A stretch of DNA of 64,000 nt from an uncultured Clostridia bacterium (GTDB lineage Bacteria; Bacillota; Clostridia; Oscillospirales; CAG-272), in the NCBI GenBank assembly GCA_947626065.1, contig CANQQT010000002.1:76197-140196 (forward strand), written 5' to 3'. A program made the translations under genes and the position numbers. The notes below the pieces were generated by a model. The model ran no database searches. It saw only the letters and a program-made list of their open reading frames with translations, and had not been told where the DNA came from. Positions 1 through 9,863 of this stretch are shown here, piece after piece (within the stretch, counting starts at the first letter, position 1; every line of letters starts with the position of its first letter).

Positions 1-572
1 ACCTCAATCAGCTCCTCCTCGTTCTCCGCGAAGCCGCCGCCGGTGCCTCCCAGCGTGAAGGCGGGGCGCAGAACGACCGGATAGCCGATGCGGGAGGCGG
101 CCGCCCGCGCTTCCTCAAGAGAATAGGTGATTTCGGAGGGAATGGTCGGCTCGCCTATCGACTGGCAGAGCTCCTTGAAGAGCTCGCGGTCCTCCGCCTG
201 CTCGATGCTCCGACTGCTCGTTCCGAGAAGCTCGACGCCGCATTCCTTAAGAACGCCCTTTCTTTCCAGCTGCATGGCAAGATTCAGCCCGGTCTGCCCG
301 CCGATGCCCGGCACGATGGCGTCGGGCCTTTCGTAGCGAAGAATTTTTGCTATATACTCCAGCGTAAGGGGCTCCATATACACCTTGTCGGCAAGGGAGG
401 TGTCGGTCATGATTGTCGCGGGATTGCTGTTGCAAAGGATGACCTCATAGCCCTCCTCCTTCAACGCCAAAACCGCCTGCGTCCCCGCATAGTCAAATTC
501 CGCCGCCTGTCCGATGACAATGGGGCCGGAGCCGATGATGAGAATTTTTTTCAGATCGCTTCTCTTCGCCAT
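1..572 (-). CDS. carB: carbamoyl-phosphate synthase large subunit, N-terminal portion (gene continues past window start)
   Basis: Minus-strand translation from ATG 572-570 reads [57 protein letters not shown]...[20 protein letters not shown], the canonical CPSase large-chain N-terminus. Absent from the ORF track because it runs off the edge. Confidence 0.85.
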   Translation of the reverse strand, partial: MAKRSDLKKILIIGSGPIVIGQAAEFDYAGTQAVLALKEEGYEVILCNSNPATIMTDTSLADKVYMEPLTLEYIAKILRYERPDAIVPGIGGQTGLNLAMQLERKGVLKECGVELLGTSSRSIEQAEDRELFKELCQSIGEPTIPSEITYSLEEARAAASRIGYPVVLRPAFTLGGTGGGFAENEEELIE

Positions 573-633
573 TCTCTTTTCCTCTTTCTCTCTTTTGATT
601 TTGAATATTCTTGTTTCGTTTTCTTGTGCCGGT

Positions 634-708
634 TGTGCTGTTTTCGCTTGTGCTATTTGCGCTTGTGCTGTTTGCGCTTGTGCTGTTTGCGCTTGCGCTG
701 TTTTGTTC
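634..708. repeat. tandem repeat, 15-bp unit TGTGCTGTTTGCGCT x5 (degenerate copies continue to ~790)
   Basis: Direct reading: tgtgctgttttcgct / tgtgctatttgcgct / tgtgctgtttgcgct / tgtgctgtttgcgct / tgcgctgttttgttc, in the pyrC-carB intergenic region. It generates the spurious Cys-rich ORFs 514..879 and 624..821. Confidence 0.85.
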
Positions 709-799
709 CTGAACCGGTTATGCTTTCGCCGTTCCGCGCGTGCTATTCCGTGCGTGCTGTTTACATTTGCGCTGTTTATGCTTGCGCCCGGACGGAAGA

Positions 800-2026
800 T
801 TACGCCCTTCCCCGCTTGTAGACCGGTCGGCCCTTGTATACCGTCAGGAGGCAGGTCGCGGAAACCCGACGTCCTATAAAGGGGGTCGCGTGACCTTGGG
901 AGAGGAAGGAAGCGGGATCGACTTCCCTCTCCCCGCTCAGATCCCAGACGGCAAAGCCCCGGTCGGAGCCGATGGAAAAGCGCTTCCGAGGCGCCTCGCT
1001 CATCAGGAAGATCAGTCTTTCAAGGGAAAGATACCCCTTTTTCACCAGCTCTGTATAGAGCATCGGGAAGGAAACCTCCAGCCCCGTCACGCCCATCAGA
1101 CTTTTTTCAAGGCCACAGCTCTTTTCCTCTGCGGAATGAGGGGCGTGGTCAGTGGCAATCATATCGACCGTCCCGTCGAAAAGTCCTTCAAGCAGGGCCT
1201 CGCGATCCTCTCTGCCCCGAAGCGGGGGATTCATTTTGAAGAAGCCGTCCTCGCGCAGATCGTCCTCGCAGAGAAGCAGGTAGTGGGGCGCCGTCTCGCA
1301 GGTGACGTTGACGCCGCTTTTTTTGGCCTCCCGAATCAGCTCCACGCTCTCACGGCAGGAAATGTGGCAGACGTGGTAGGCGCACCCCGTCTCCTCCGCC
1401 AGCTTGAGATCCCGTTCGATCGGTCGCCATTCGCTCTCCGAACAGATTCCCCGGTGACCGTGCGCCTCCGCATAGCGGCCCTTGTGGATATAGCCCCCGG
1501 CAAGCAGGCTGTTGTCCTCGCAGTGGGCGGAAATCGGCTTCCCCAGCGCCGCCGCGCGCTTCATGGCCTCCCGCATTTTTCCGGCGTCCTGCACACCTTT
1601 CCCGTCGTCGGAAAAGCCGCAGACAAAGGGCGCCATGCCCTCCATGTCGGAAAGCTCCTCCCCTTTTTCTCCCACCGTGATCGCCCCGAAGGGGAGCACT
1701 TCTATGCAGGCGTCCCGCCGTATTGGGGCAAGCTCCTCCTCGAGGTGCCCGACCGAATCGGGAACGGGATTCAGATTCGGCATCGCGCAGAGCGCCGTAT
1801 AGCCACCCGCCGCGCCGGCCGCCGTCCCGCTCTTCACCGTCTCCTTATAAGAAAATCCCGGTTCCCGCAAATGTACGTGTACATCGGCAAAACCGGGAAA
1901 AATATAACAGCCCGAAAGATCGGAGAAATCGGAAAAAAGAGAGGGGGCGTCTGTTTCCACGGGAAAATCGCGCGTTTCCCACTTTCCATCCGTATAGACG
2001 GTTCCGCCCTTCAACACAAGCTTCAT
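800..2026 (-). CDS. pyrC: dihydroorotase
   Basis: ORF 800..2092 contains [11 protein letters not shown] and CAMPNLNP, typical dihydroorotase metal-site segments. Start trimmed to MKLVLKGG (ATG 2026), which is preceded by GGGAGAA. Confidence 0.9.
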   Translation of the reverse strand: MKLVLKGGTVYTDGKWETRDFPVETDAPSLFSDFSDLSGCYIFPGFADVHVHLREPGFSYKETVKSGTAAGAAGGYTALCAMPNLNPVPDSVGHLEEELAPIRRDACIEVLPFGAITVGEKGEELSDMEGMAPFVCGFSDDGKGVQDAGKMREAMKRAAALGKPISAHCEDNSLLAGGYIHKGRYAEAHGHRGICSESEWRPIERDLKLAEETGCAYHVCHISCRESVELIREAKKSGVNVTCETAPHYLLLCEDDLREDGFFKMNPPLRGREDREALLEGLFDGTVDMIATDHAPHSAEEKSCGLEKSLMGVTGLEVSFPMLYTELVKKGYLSLERLIFLMSEAPRKRFSIGSDRGFAVWDLSGEREVDPASFLSQGHATPFIGRRVSATCLLTVYKGRPVYKRGRA

Positions 2027-2048
2027 GTCGTTCTCCCTGCGGGACGAT

Positions 2049-2113
2049 AAAAAAGAACCCGCATCGGCAAGGTTCCGCAATTCTTTTCGCACAAAAAGGC
2101 TCCCCTCTCTGCG
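2049..2113 (-). promoter_or_regulatory. putative PyrR-type transcription attenuator upstream of pyrC
   Basis: On the minus strand, CAGAGAGGGGAGCC (rc of 2098-2113) resembles the PyrR-binding loop (..CCAGAGAGGCU..). It is followed by a GGAACC...GGGTTC hairpin plus T6 (rc of 2049-2076) about 20 nt before the start codon. Confidence 0.45.
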
Positions 2114-2548
2114 CGTATTTCCAAAAACCTTGTCGATCTCTCTGTATCGCCCTTAAAGATTTTGTTTTCATTATTATACCACAGGTTGAGGGGAATGTCA
2201 AGGGGACGAAGGAGATTTTTCGGGGGTGCGGCATCGGCAAATTTTCAAAGAAAATACCCGTGCGGCAAAGAAGGGATTTACCGCAGAATACAGGAAGGGG
2301 AGAAAAGCCCTTGCAAAGCTTGAATTGCCCCTCCTGAAAAAAACGCAACAAAAACTTCCCCGACGTTTTGCAAAGTTTGTTGAGTCCTTTTTCCTCCCGC
2401 AAGTTTTTTATTGTTCTGCTGTCGCATTCGCTCATAAAACATTTTTTATTACGGTTTTTGTGCTTCACATTGCTTTACTTATTGACATTTCGGCGACGAT
2501 ATGCTATACTTTTAAAGATATTTTCCGCGAAAAACCGCATATTTAAAG

Positions 2549-3589
2549 ATGAAAGAGGAACAACGAATGCAAGCAATAAGCAAAAACCGCACCTTTCTGA
2601 TGGGAATAGCGATAGCGCTTATCATGTTCTGCCACAATTCTCTGCAAATAAGCCAGCCTTACATAGCGCTCGGTTGGGTTGCGCTTTCAGATATTGCTCA
2701 ATGCGGCGTGGATATTTTTCTGTTTCTCTCAGGCTTCGGCTTGTTTTATTCCTATTCAAAGTCCCCGGAATATCTACCCTTTCTTAAAAAGAGGTTTTTA
2801 AGAATTGTACCTAAATATTTGATCGTAGTCATCCCGTATGCCACTCTCCTTTGCTTATTCAATTTTTGCTCTTTTCACGAAGCTTTAGACAGATATTCTC
2901 TGGTCGGCTTTTTTATAACAGGAAATCGCTCTCAGTGGTTTATCGCGGCCATTCTGGTTCTGTATCTGCTGTTCCCGTTGGTTTATAAGCTTGTTCAAAA
3001 AAACCTTCTATGGATGGGAGCCTCCGTTTTCATCTGGATTTTCTCGATATTGCTGAGGACTCTTTTGCCTTACAGCAATATCGACACGGTCTCCGAAATC
3101 TTCTTTATTCGGATTCCCATTTTTATTATAGGAACAAAATTCGGCCAAATAGCCCTCCGCGGGGAGGGCGACGGGCGGCTTGTTTCTTTCATGAAAACGC
3201 ATAGCGGAATTTTGACTCTCCTCTTTTTTGCGCTTTGCGCCGTGATTCGTTTGTTCGCGTTTGAATATGTGTGGGTTTATCTGCGCCTCGCATTCACACC
3301 TTTATCGCTTGCTTTGTGCTTCTTTCTCTGCAAAATCCGTGAAAAGCTGAATGAAAAAGTCGTTCGTTTCATAACAATGATGGGAGCCATAACTTTAGAA
3401 ATCTACCTGACGCACGAGAAGATACGGGACATTTGCGAGCTTATCTGTGAGAAAATGAAAATCCCCGGCGCATTTTTGCAAAGTCTTGTTGCCAACGTTG
3501 CCGCCATCGTAATGGCCATCGGCTTTTGCTATCTTTTCTCAAAGCTTTATGACAAAATTTTTCACTTGAAAAAACACTCCGTTGCTTAA
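2549..3589 (+). CDS. polytopic membrane acyltransferase (acyltransferase-3/OafA-like family, tentative)
   Basis: 346-aa ORF with many hydrophobic segments. The N-terminal RTFLMGIAIALIMFCHN resembles the acyltransferase-3 signature. Its AT-richer codon usage differs from neighbours. Confidence 0.6.
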   Translation: MKEEQRMQAISKNRTFLMGIAIALIMFCHNSLQISQPYIALGWVALSDIAQCGVDIFLFLSGFGLFYSYSKSPEYLPFLKKRFLRIVPKYLIVVIPYATLLCLFNFCSFHEALDRYSLVGFFITGNRSQWFIAAILVLYLLFPLVYKLVQKNLLWMGASVFIWIFSILLRTLLPYSNIDTVSEIFFIRIPIFIIGTKFGQIALRGEGDGRLVSFMKTHSGILTLLFFALCAVIRLFAFEYVWVYLRLAFTPLSLALCFFLCKIREKLNEKVVRFITMMGAITLEIYLTHEKIRDICELICEKMKIPGAFLQSLVANVAAIVMAIGFCYLFSKLYDKIFHLKKHSVA

Positions 3590-3880
3590 GGCAAAGAGAG
3601 TCGAACCCGTTCCGCTTCACATAGAGCCTTTTCGGCTCTTTCCCGTTCAACCATCGTCCCTTGCACTTAAAAAGTTGAATTCATTTTTTCTGCCTCTTCA
3701 AAAAGAGTTTCAAAAACCAATCTGGGCCTCGGTCGGTGCTTCACCCCCGCCGGGCCCTTTTTTGCCTCCCTCCATTCCCCGTCCATCCACATAAGAACAA
3801 GCGGCTTGACTGACCGCCAAGCCGCTTGCTTCTCTATGTTCCGCCTCCGGCGGGATTTTAGGCCCCCACGGCCCTTTTAT

Positions 3881-5377
3881 TTACGCTTTCTTGAAAAATC
3901 CGTTGATTTTTTCGAGGCTTTCCCTCACGAGGAGGTCGCCGCCCTCGTGGCCGGTATATCCGCTTGAAACATATGCGGAATAATGCCCGCCGCGCTCGGC
4001 CTTTTCGGTGGGAAGATATCCGTATCCTCCGCAAGCAAGCTGAATGATGAAGGTCTGCTTCGCCAAACTTCTTGCGCGGATCCGGTTTCCGTAATCGAGG
4101 AAGAGCTCAAAGGGATTGGTAACAAAGGCGATATCCCCCATCCGGATGCAGTGAATCTCAATCGGGAAGACCTCCCGGCTATACTGCTTTTCGTAGCGAT
4201 TCAGCGTTCCCGCGTGCACGTAAAGCATGGCGGAATCCATATAGTCGACGGTTTTCCCTTCGTTCTCCCGGCAGAATTCACGGAACGCGCGCTCGGCGAT
4301 CTCCGCCTCCTCAGGGCTTACGGTCCGGAGCGGAAGGTTCAGCTTCTCACTGCAATGAATCAGCTCGCACTCGTCGAAATAATCCTCCAGCTCCCCGTAA
4401 ACGTCTATGATCTCCCTGCTGAGGCGGCGTCCGATCTTTTCCGCTCCCTTCACGTCGAACATGGAGGGATCGGCGCGGCGGTCGCGGGGATGCTCCCTTA
4501 CGATGTTCGGGTCGTTGATCGGCGTCTCGGGCTGTACCCAGCGGACAAGATCTCTCGGGCACTGGTCGCCGGCGGCGGAACAGAGGCCGAGAACGTAGAG
4601 CTTATCCGAGAAATGTTCCCGCAGATACTTTTTGGTTTTTCCCCAGTAGTCGGAGGAAACAAAGCTCCTGTGCTCCAGCACCTGCGCGGGACAGGCGACG
4701 TTAGCCACCACGCCGGTCAGATTCTTGTCCTTATCGAAGGTATAGAGAAGCTCGACGCCGGAATCGTTTCCGCCCTCCAGATGGGTAAAGGCCGCGCTGT
4801 CGGCGTCTCCCCACATTTTCGCCGTTCCGTCCGTGAAGCAGACACGGCGGCACATTCCGATCGCCACCCGGCCGAAGCCGCTTGCACAAACGGCGTCGTC
4901 GCGGCTCTCCCACGCTCTTTTGACCGCCTTCGCGATACGGTCGGCAAGGAACGTCAGCGCCTCTTGCGGGCTCATTGCGTCGGAGGAATCGACCAGCGGC
5001 TGGTAAATCATGCCGCTGGGGATGAATTTTTGAAAAATGGTCGCCGCGGAGCCTCCCAGTCCCGCGCAGGAGTTGCCTCTGTCGTAGACGAAGGAGGTGT
5101 GCGAATGCGTGGCGTTGACAATCAGCTTCTCCAGCGGGAAATCGACCTTTCCCTTCAGCCGTTCACGCACTTCGGCGAGCAGGTTATCCTGAACGCTCAC
5201 AAGGTCGCAGGAGCAGATCACCATCTGCTCCCCGCCCGCCTCCACCGCCATGGCCGTGACGGTGATCGGGGTCTCTACGTACTGGGAAATTCTCTCGTAG
5301 AACTGCCCCGCAAGGCCGATTTTTTTATCGGGGGTGATGCTCTCCTCCGCCCATCCGATTTTGATTTTTGCTTTCAT
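3881..5377 (-). CDS. hypothetical hydrolase (neutral/alkaline ceramidase-like N-terminal domain, tentative)
   Basis: 498-aa ORF. The N-terminus MKAKIKIGWAEESITPDKKIGLAGQ resembles ceramidase-like family starts. It is the last gene of the LacI-linked operon. Confidence 0.5.
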   Translation of the reverse strand: MKAKIKIGWAEESITPDKKIGLAGQFYERISQYVETPITVTAMAVEAGGEQMVICSCDLVSVQDNLLAEVRERLKGKVDFPLEKLIVNATHSHTSFVYDRGNSCAGLGGSAATIFQKFIPSGMIYQPLVDSSDAMSPQEALTFLADRIAKAVKRAWESRDDAVCASGFGRVAIGMCRRVCFTDGTAKMWGDADSAAFTHLEGGNDSGVELLYTFDKDKNLTGVVANVACPAQVLEHRSFVSSDYWGKTKKYLREHFSDKLYVLGLCSAAGDQCPRDLVRWVQPETPINDPNIVREHPRDRRADPSMFDVKGAEKIGRRLSREIIDVYGELEDYFDECELIHCSEKLNLPLRTVSPEEAEIAERAFREFCRENEGKTVDYMDSAMLYVHAGTLNRYEKQYSREVFPIEIHCIRMGDIAFVTNPFELFLDYGNRIRARSLAKQTFIIQLACGGYGYLPTEKAERGGHYSAYVSSGYTGHEGGDLLVRESLEKINGFFKKA

Positions 5378-5389
5378 GTCTTTTGCTCC

Positions 5390-6739
5390 TTATCCGAGAA
5401 TCTCAATCCCTAAAATCTTACAGAGATCGGCGAGCTTCCGCGTGTTGTCTCCGTAGGAAATGATATAATGCTGACACATGACCTTCTGGCAGAAATCCTC
5501 GGTATCGTCAAGGTAAATTTTCAGTCCGGGAAGCTGTGGCGCCGGCTGTGTCCAGCCCGCTTCCTCCCAACGGGGAGGCGTTACGCCCTTGCCCTTCACC
5601 ATATGAAGCGCGTATTTTCCGTCGACTACGCAGAGGCGGCAGAGGGTCAACTCGCCGGTTTTCACCTTCGAGACGTTTAAAATTCCCTCGCTCAGCTCGC
5701 CGAAGGCGGCGGGCATCACCGTCGTCTGCCCGTCGGTCACCTCGGCGGGAACGTAATCGGGAACGCCGGCAAGGACGCTGTCCTCAAAGAATTCATAGAA
5801 TTCAAGGTAGGCTCCGCACTGTCCCGTCACGGCCTTCACCATCAGCTGTGTCACGCTTCCGAGGCAGTCGTTTTCCGGAACCGTGCAGACTCCTGCGCAG
5901 TCGGAAAGGAGCATGAAAATCGGAGCCGGCGGGAAGCCGAGCAGCTTCTTCATACCGTCGACGTCCTTCAGGGAAATCGCGCCGTAGCCTCTTTCGTCGA
6001 TCAGCTGTTTGACGGCAAGATAGTACCCCGCCGCCTTCTCCATCCCCTCCCGCTTGGCGGGCTTGAGGAACTTCCAGCCGCTCATGACCTCGTCGACGAC
6101 CTTCGCCTTTTCCTCGGCGGGAATCGCGTCGTACCGCTGTTTCATCTCCAGCATTTCAAAGGTTTCGATCTCCGGCCCGACCACGCGCTTGAGGGAGCTG
6201 CCGTCGTAGAGGGTGCCGTAAAGATTCATATCGCGGTAACCGGCCATGCCGACGCGGGCATGACGCAGAGCCTTCGCCGCCGACGCCGCCGCGACAAAAT
6301 CCGCGACCTCCGCCGTCCGGGAGGGCTTCCCGACGATATCGTACAGATAGACGAAGCGATAGCCGAGATCCGCCATCGTCTTTCTCAGCGCCGAGGTTCC
6401 GGCCTGATCGGCCGTCGTCACAAGCCGCCCCTCCTCGTACCAGCCGCAAAGGCCCCAGAGAACCATCGGGAGGTGCCGGTAATGCTCGGCGATCTTGATG
6501 ACGGCGTGGGTGGGAATCCAGCCCGCCACGCAGAGAACCAGCGCGTCAAACTCCTGCCCCTTCAAGGCGTCGAGACACTTTTTAATATCCTTTTCTTCGT
6601 AATCGTCGGTGACCGGGTAAACGCTTACCAGCTCAACGCCTTCCGCCTCCAAGCCCTTCTTCGCTTCTTCGCATTTTCTGACAATGATTTCGGCCGGGGT
6701 ATTGACCTCGCCGAATCCGACAAATGCCGCTCTGCTCAT
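5390..6739 (-). CDS. L-fucose/L-arabinose isomerase family protein (tentative)
   Basis: 449-aa ORF only 12 bp from the downstream gene. Size and N-terminal Rossmann-like layout resemble sugar isomerases of the FucI/AraA family. The context is a sugar operon. Confidence 0.55.
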   Translation of the reverse strand: MSRAAFVGFGEVNTPAEIIVRKCEEAKKGLEAEGVELVSVYPVTDDYEEKDIKKCLDALKGQEFDALVLCVAGWIPTHAVIKIAEHYRHLPMVLWGLCGWYEEGRLVTTADQAGTSALRKTMADLGYRFVYLYDIVGKPSRTAEVADFVAAASAAKALRHARVGMAGYRDMNLYGTLYDGSSLKRVVGPEIETFEMLEMKQRYDAIPAEEKAKVVDEVMSGWKFLKPAKREGMEKAAGYYLAVKQLIDERGYGAISLKDVDGMKKLLGFPPAPIFMLLSDCAGVCTVPENDCLGSVTQLMVKAVTGQCGAYLEFYEFFEDSVLAGVPDYVPAEVTDGQTTVMPAAFGELSEGILNVSKVKTGELTLCRLCVVDGKYALHMVKGKGVTPPRWEEAGWTQPAPQLPGLKIYLDDTEDFCQKVMCQHYIISYGDNTRKLADLCKILGIEILG

Positions 6740-6763
6740 TCGTACTTCTCCTTTTCTTTTTTC

Positions 6764-7390
6764 TCAGCGCTGCTGCTGGAGCGTATAGTGGACGTCAAAC
6801 GCCTTCTCTTCTTCTGTATACTTGCGCAGTGTGTTGACGACCTCGCCGTTGTTCCACTTCCTATCCTCCACGTCCTCCGTGGTTCCCATCACGGTGACGT
6901 TGAGCTGTCTGTGACGGGCTCTGACCTGATCCCAGTCGACGAAATAAATGTGGGCGAACTCTCCGCCGTCAAGGACGCCGTCCTTGATCGTCATGGTTTC
7001 GCTTCTGCCGAAGAAGACCGAGCGAAGATGGCCGTCGGTATTCAGACTGGTAAAGTCGCCCGGCTCGTTGACGTAACGGCCAAACTGCGTATGAATCGGA
7101 CCGGGATGACGGTACTCGTTCTCCTCCGAAAAATTGGGAACCAGCTTCTGCATGATGTCAAGAAGGTCATGCTGGAGGTACTCAAGGTCGTATTTGTCGA
7201 GGTCGTGCGAGCATTCCTGAATCATCACCGAACAGGTGGTGTGATGGGAGGCGATGCAGACGGTGCCGTTTTTCACCCCCGACGCCTTGACGATTTCGAT
7301 GATTTCCTTCGACACGTCGTGGAAGGTCGGCTTCCAGCCTCTCGACTGAAGCTCCAGTTCTTTCTGATACACTTTGAATTCCATACTCAA
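6764..7390 (-). CDS. YjbQ/UPF0047 family protein
   Basis: GTVCIASHHTTCSVMIQE matches the UPF0047 HTT[AC]S signature. 208 aa, longer than typical family members. Confidence 0.65.
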   Translation of the reverse strand: MSMEFKVYQKELELQSRGWKPTFHDVSKEIIEIVKASGVKNGTVCIASHHTTCSVMIQECSHDLDKYDLEYLQHDLLDIMQKLVPNFSEENEYRHPGPIHTQFGRYVNEPGDFTSLNTDGHLRSVFFGRSETMTIKDGVLDGGEFAHIYFVDWDQVRARHRQLNVTVMGTTEDVEDRKWNNGEVVNTLRKYTEEEKAFDVHYTLQQQR

Positions 7391-7504
7391 TGATTCCTGC
7401 CCCGCCTGCGCGGGGACTTCCTTTCTGTAAATTTGTTTTGAGTATCTATGACTTGCCTCCGTGAAAGCACGGCGGCCAAGACAGCGAATGAAAAGAGGGT
7501 CGGC

Positions 7505-8224
7505 TTATGCCCGGAAGGACACCTGCGGATGAGCCTCGTCCCAGCTCCTTCGGAGCTCATAGAGCATTTCCTCCGCCATGGCCTCGGGATTTTCGTTCCG
7601 GATAATTCCGCTCGTACAGCCCGTCGCCTCGGCGCCCGCCAGAATCACGCGGCGGACGTCCTCGGGAGTGGAAATTCCCGCGCCTTGAAGAACCATGATG
7701 CGCGGATCGATCTCCCTCACCGCTTTGATCGTTTCCTTCACGTAGGAAAGATCGCTTGTCGTCCCGGTTCCGATGAGATCGGTGGGCTCCGCTACAATCA
7801 GATTCGGGTGAAGCGCGGCCACCGCGCGGATTTCCGCCACCGTATCGGCACAGACGATGGAGGCAAGTCCGACCTCGTCGGCCCTCGCTACCGTATCGGC
7901 AATCACCGGAAGCGTCAGCTTCTTCTCGGCGTGATTGAGCATGACGCCGACGGCGCCCGCTTCCTTCACCGATTCCGGGAGAACCGCGCCGAGGCCTCTG
8001 CCCGGGACAAGCGCGTCCATATGCTGTGCATAGACGTGAACCCGCTCGGTGTTTTCGGCGATCAGGCGGATATCCGCATACTGCGGGGTGAGAATGACGT
8101 CAAGGTCGTACTTCTTCGCGATGGCGTCGACCGCCTTCGCCAGGCGGAGAAACCGTTCCCCCCACATATAGCACTTCGGACCGATTTCAAAATACGGCGC
8201 TTTGATGGAATATTTTTCGTACAT
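7505..8224 (-). CDS. triose-phosphate isomerase-like (archaeal-type TIM) protein
   Basis: VMLNHAEKK (compare the NHSE catalytic His segment) and IVAEPTDLIGTGT (compare the AxEPPELIGTG catalytic Glu segment) in a 239-aa ORF. Confidence 0.65.
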   Translation of the reverse strand: MYEKYSIKAPYFEIGPKCYMWGERFLRLAKAVDAIAKKYDLDVILTPQYADIRLIAENTERVHVYAQHMDALVPGRGLGAVLPESVKEAGAVGVMLNHAEKKLTLPVIADTVARADEVGLASIVCADTVAEIRAVAALHPNLIVAEPTDLIGTGTTSDLSYVKETIKAVREIDPRIMVLQGAGISTPEDVRRVILAGAEATGCTSGIIRNENPEAMAEEMLYELRRSWDEAHPQVSFRA

Positions 8225-8241
8225 GATTTTTCTCTCCTGTT

Positions 8242-9645
8242 TTATCTTTCATTGACTCTTCTTGAGTAGTCCAGATATCTGCGGAAGGCCTCCGTGTAAT
8301 CCTGCCCGGTGGGGAGGTAACGCTTCCCTTCCTGAATTTTCTCCGCCGCGTCGGGAACCGAGGGAAAGACCCCGATTCCGACGCCCGCGAAGATCGCGCT
8401 TCCCAGCGTGGCGGTCTCCTTTTTTGTCATCGTCACCACCTCTTTGCCGATGACGTCCGCCTTGATCCCGCACCAGAAGGGGCTCTGCGAGCCGCCGCCG
8501 GAGGAGCGGATCTGCTTGATATCGGTATCGAGGGTGTCGAGGCATTCCTTGAGCATAAAGGCGACGGCTTCCATCACCGCGCGGGCGAAATGCGCCCGGG
8601 TGTGCCGCAGAGAAACGCCGCAGAAGGCCGCAGTGGCGGCGGGATTGCAGACCGGCATCGTCGATCCGCAGAGATGGGGAACGAAGGTGACGCCGTCCGA
8701 CCCGGGAGGAACCTGCGCCGCCTCCCGGTCGAGATCCCGGAAGGAGAGGTCGGCGCAGAAGTTCTCGCGGAACCATTTCAGCGCCAGCCCCGCCGCCGAG
8801 GTCCAGAGAAGGCGGCAATAGCTTCCGTCGTAGTGATAGTGACAGGGGATGATGCTGTCTGCCCGGAAGGGCGGGATCCCTTCACAGGGGGCGAAAACCG
8901 CCAGCGTCGTCCCGGTCATTTCGCTTACCGTCCCGGGCTTCACGGTTCCGCAGCCGACGGCTCCCGCGACCTGATCCATGGCGCCCATGACGAAGGGAAT
9001 CCCTTCGTATTCCCCGACCTTTTCGGTGCTCTTGCGGATTTCGGGGAGCATCTGTCTTGTAATTCCGACGTAATCGAGCATCTCCTCCCACCAGTCGCCC
9101 TTTGTGATGTCAAAATAGAGGGAGGAGGACTGCAGGGTGCCCTCGGTGACGAAACGCCCGGTCAGACGGTAGGCAAGCCAGTCGCCGAGGAGAAAAATTT
9201 TCTTTGTCGCCGCCCAGACCTCCGGCTCGTTTTCCTTCACCCAAAGGAGCTTGCAGGCCGGCCACGCCGCCGCGACCTCCGGCTGTCCGGTTTTGTTGTA
9301 GACGGTCTCCCGCCCGAACGCTCTTTCAATCGCTTCCGCCTGAGCGGCGGCGCGGTTGTCGAGCCAGACGATGGCGGGGCGGAGCGGCCTTCCCTCGCCG
9401 TCGGTGAGAATCATCGTCTCGCACTGTGTGTCAAGGGAAATCGCGTCGGGGCGAATCCCTCCGCAGGCCTCCTTCATGCCGCGAAGCAGGAGCCGCAGAT
9501 ATTCCTCGGCGTCAAATTCCACCCGATCCCCCACCGTGTCGAGGGTATAGTCGACGGTGGCCGAGCCGATTTCGTTCAGGTTTTCGTCGTAGAGCCCCAC
9601 CTTCAGCGAGGTGGTCCCGACGTCGATTCCAAGCAGTCTTTTCAC
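8242..9645 (-). CDS. FGGY-family carbohydrate kinase (xylulokinase-like)
   Basis: N-terminal LLGIDVGTTSLKVGLYD and C-terminal SSGGGSQSPFWCGIKADV actin-fold kinase motifs. Start trimmed to GTG 9645, preceded by GAAAGGA. The upstream ~90 aa of track ORF 8242..9921 are low-complexity. Confidence 0.85.
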   Translation of the reverse strand: MKRLLGIDVGTTSLKVGLYDENLNEIGSATVDYTLDTVGDRVEFDAEEYLRLLLRGMKEACGGIRPDAISLDTQCETMILTDGEGRPLRPAIVWLDNRAAAQAEAIERAFGRETVYNKTGQPEVAAAWPACKLLWVKENEPEVWAATKKIFLLGDWLAYRLTGRFVTEGTLQSSSLYFDITKGDWWEEMLDYVGITRQMLPEIRKSTEKVGEYEGIPFVMGAMDQVAGAVGCGTVKPGTVSEMTGTTLAVFAPCEGIPPFRADSIIPCHYHYDGSYCRLLWTSAAGLALKWFRENFCADLSFRDLDREAAQVPPGSDGVTFVPHLCGSTMPVCNPAATAAFCGVSLRHTRAHFARAVMEAVAFMLKECLDTLDTDIKQIRSSGGGSQSPFWCGIKADVIGKEVVTMTKKETATLGSAIFAGVGIGVFPSVPDAAEKIQEGKRYLPTGQDYTEAFRRYLDYSRRVNER

Positions 9646-9863
9646 GTTAAATTCCTTTCTTTTCGGGGCTGCGAAATTGCTTCCGGGGAGGAGACGGCCC
9701 CTCTCCTCCTTTCCCGCGGCGTCATGTTCCGCGAAGCTCCGCCGGGCGTTCAGCTCGTCCGCGTTTTTTCCGGCGGTATCGGCCCGCGAAGCTTTTCCCC
9801 GCGCCGGTTCTTCCGCCGACTCTTTTTCCTCGCGGAAATTCGCCGCTCTGTTCCGCTTTCGTC

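Noticed and set aside
740-2050. Long ORFs antisense to or overlapping convincing genes. Examples: 740..2050+, 3983..5413+, 6260..7393+, 8590..10011+, 11560..12444+, 16405..17577+, 19317..19997-, 23120..24028-, 24960..25820-, 26292..26948-, 30149..31201+, 35149..36258+, 37523..38407+, 52862..53854-, 55104..56054-, 60046..60999-.
   Set aside because: They are shadow ORFs typical of GC-rich DNA. Their translations are Arg/Pro/Gly-rich and low-complexity with no motifs, and each lies opposite a gene with clear family signatures and a ribosome-binding site.
3589-3668. tRNA-like string (GAGTCGAACCC, reminiscent of a reverse-complemented T-arm) just after the acyltransferase gene.
   Set aside because: I could not fold the reverse complement into a cloverleaf: there is no matching T-stem or D-arm, and the acceptor pairing is poor. 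The AGAGCC-TTTTC-GGCTCT hairpin there is more simply a weak terminator.
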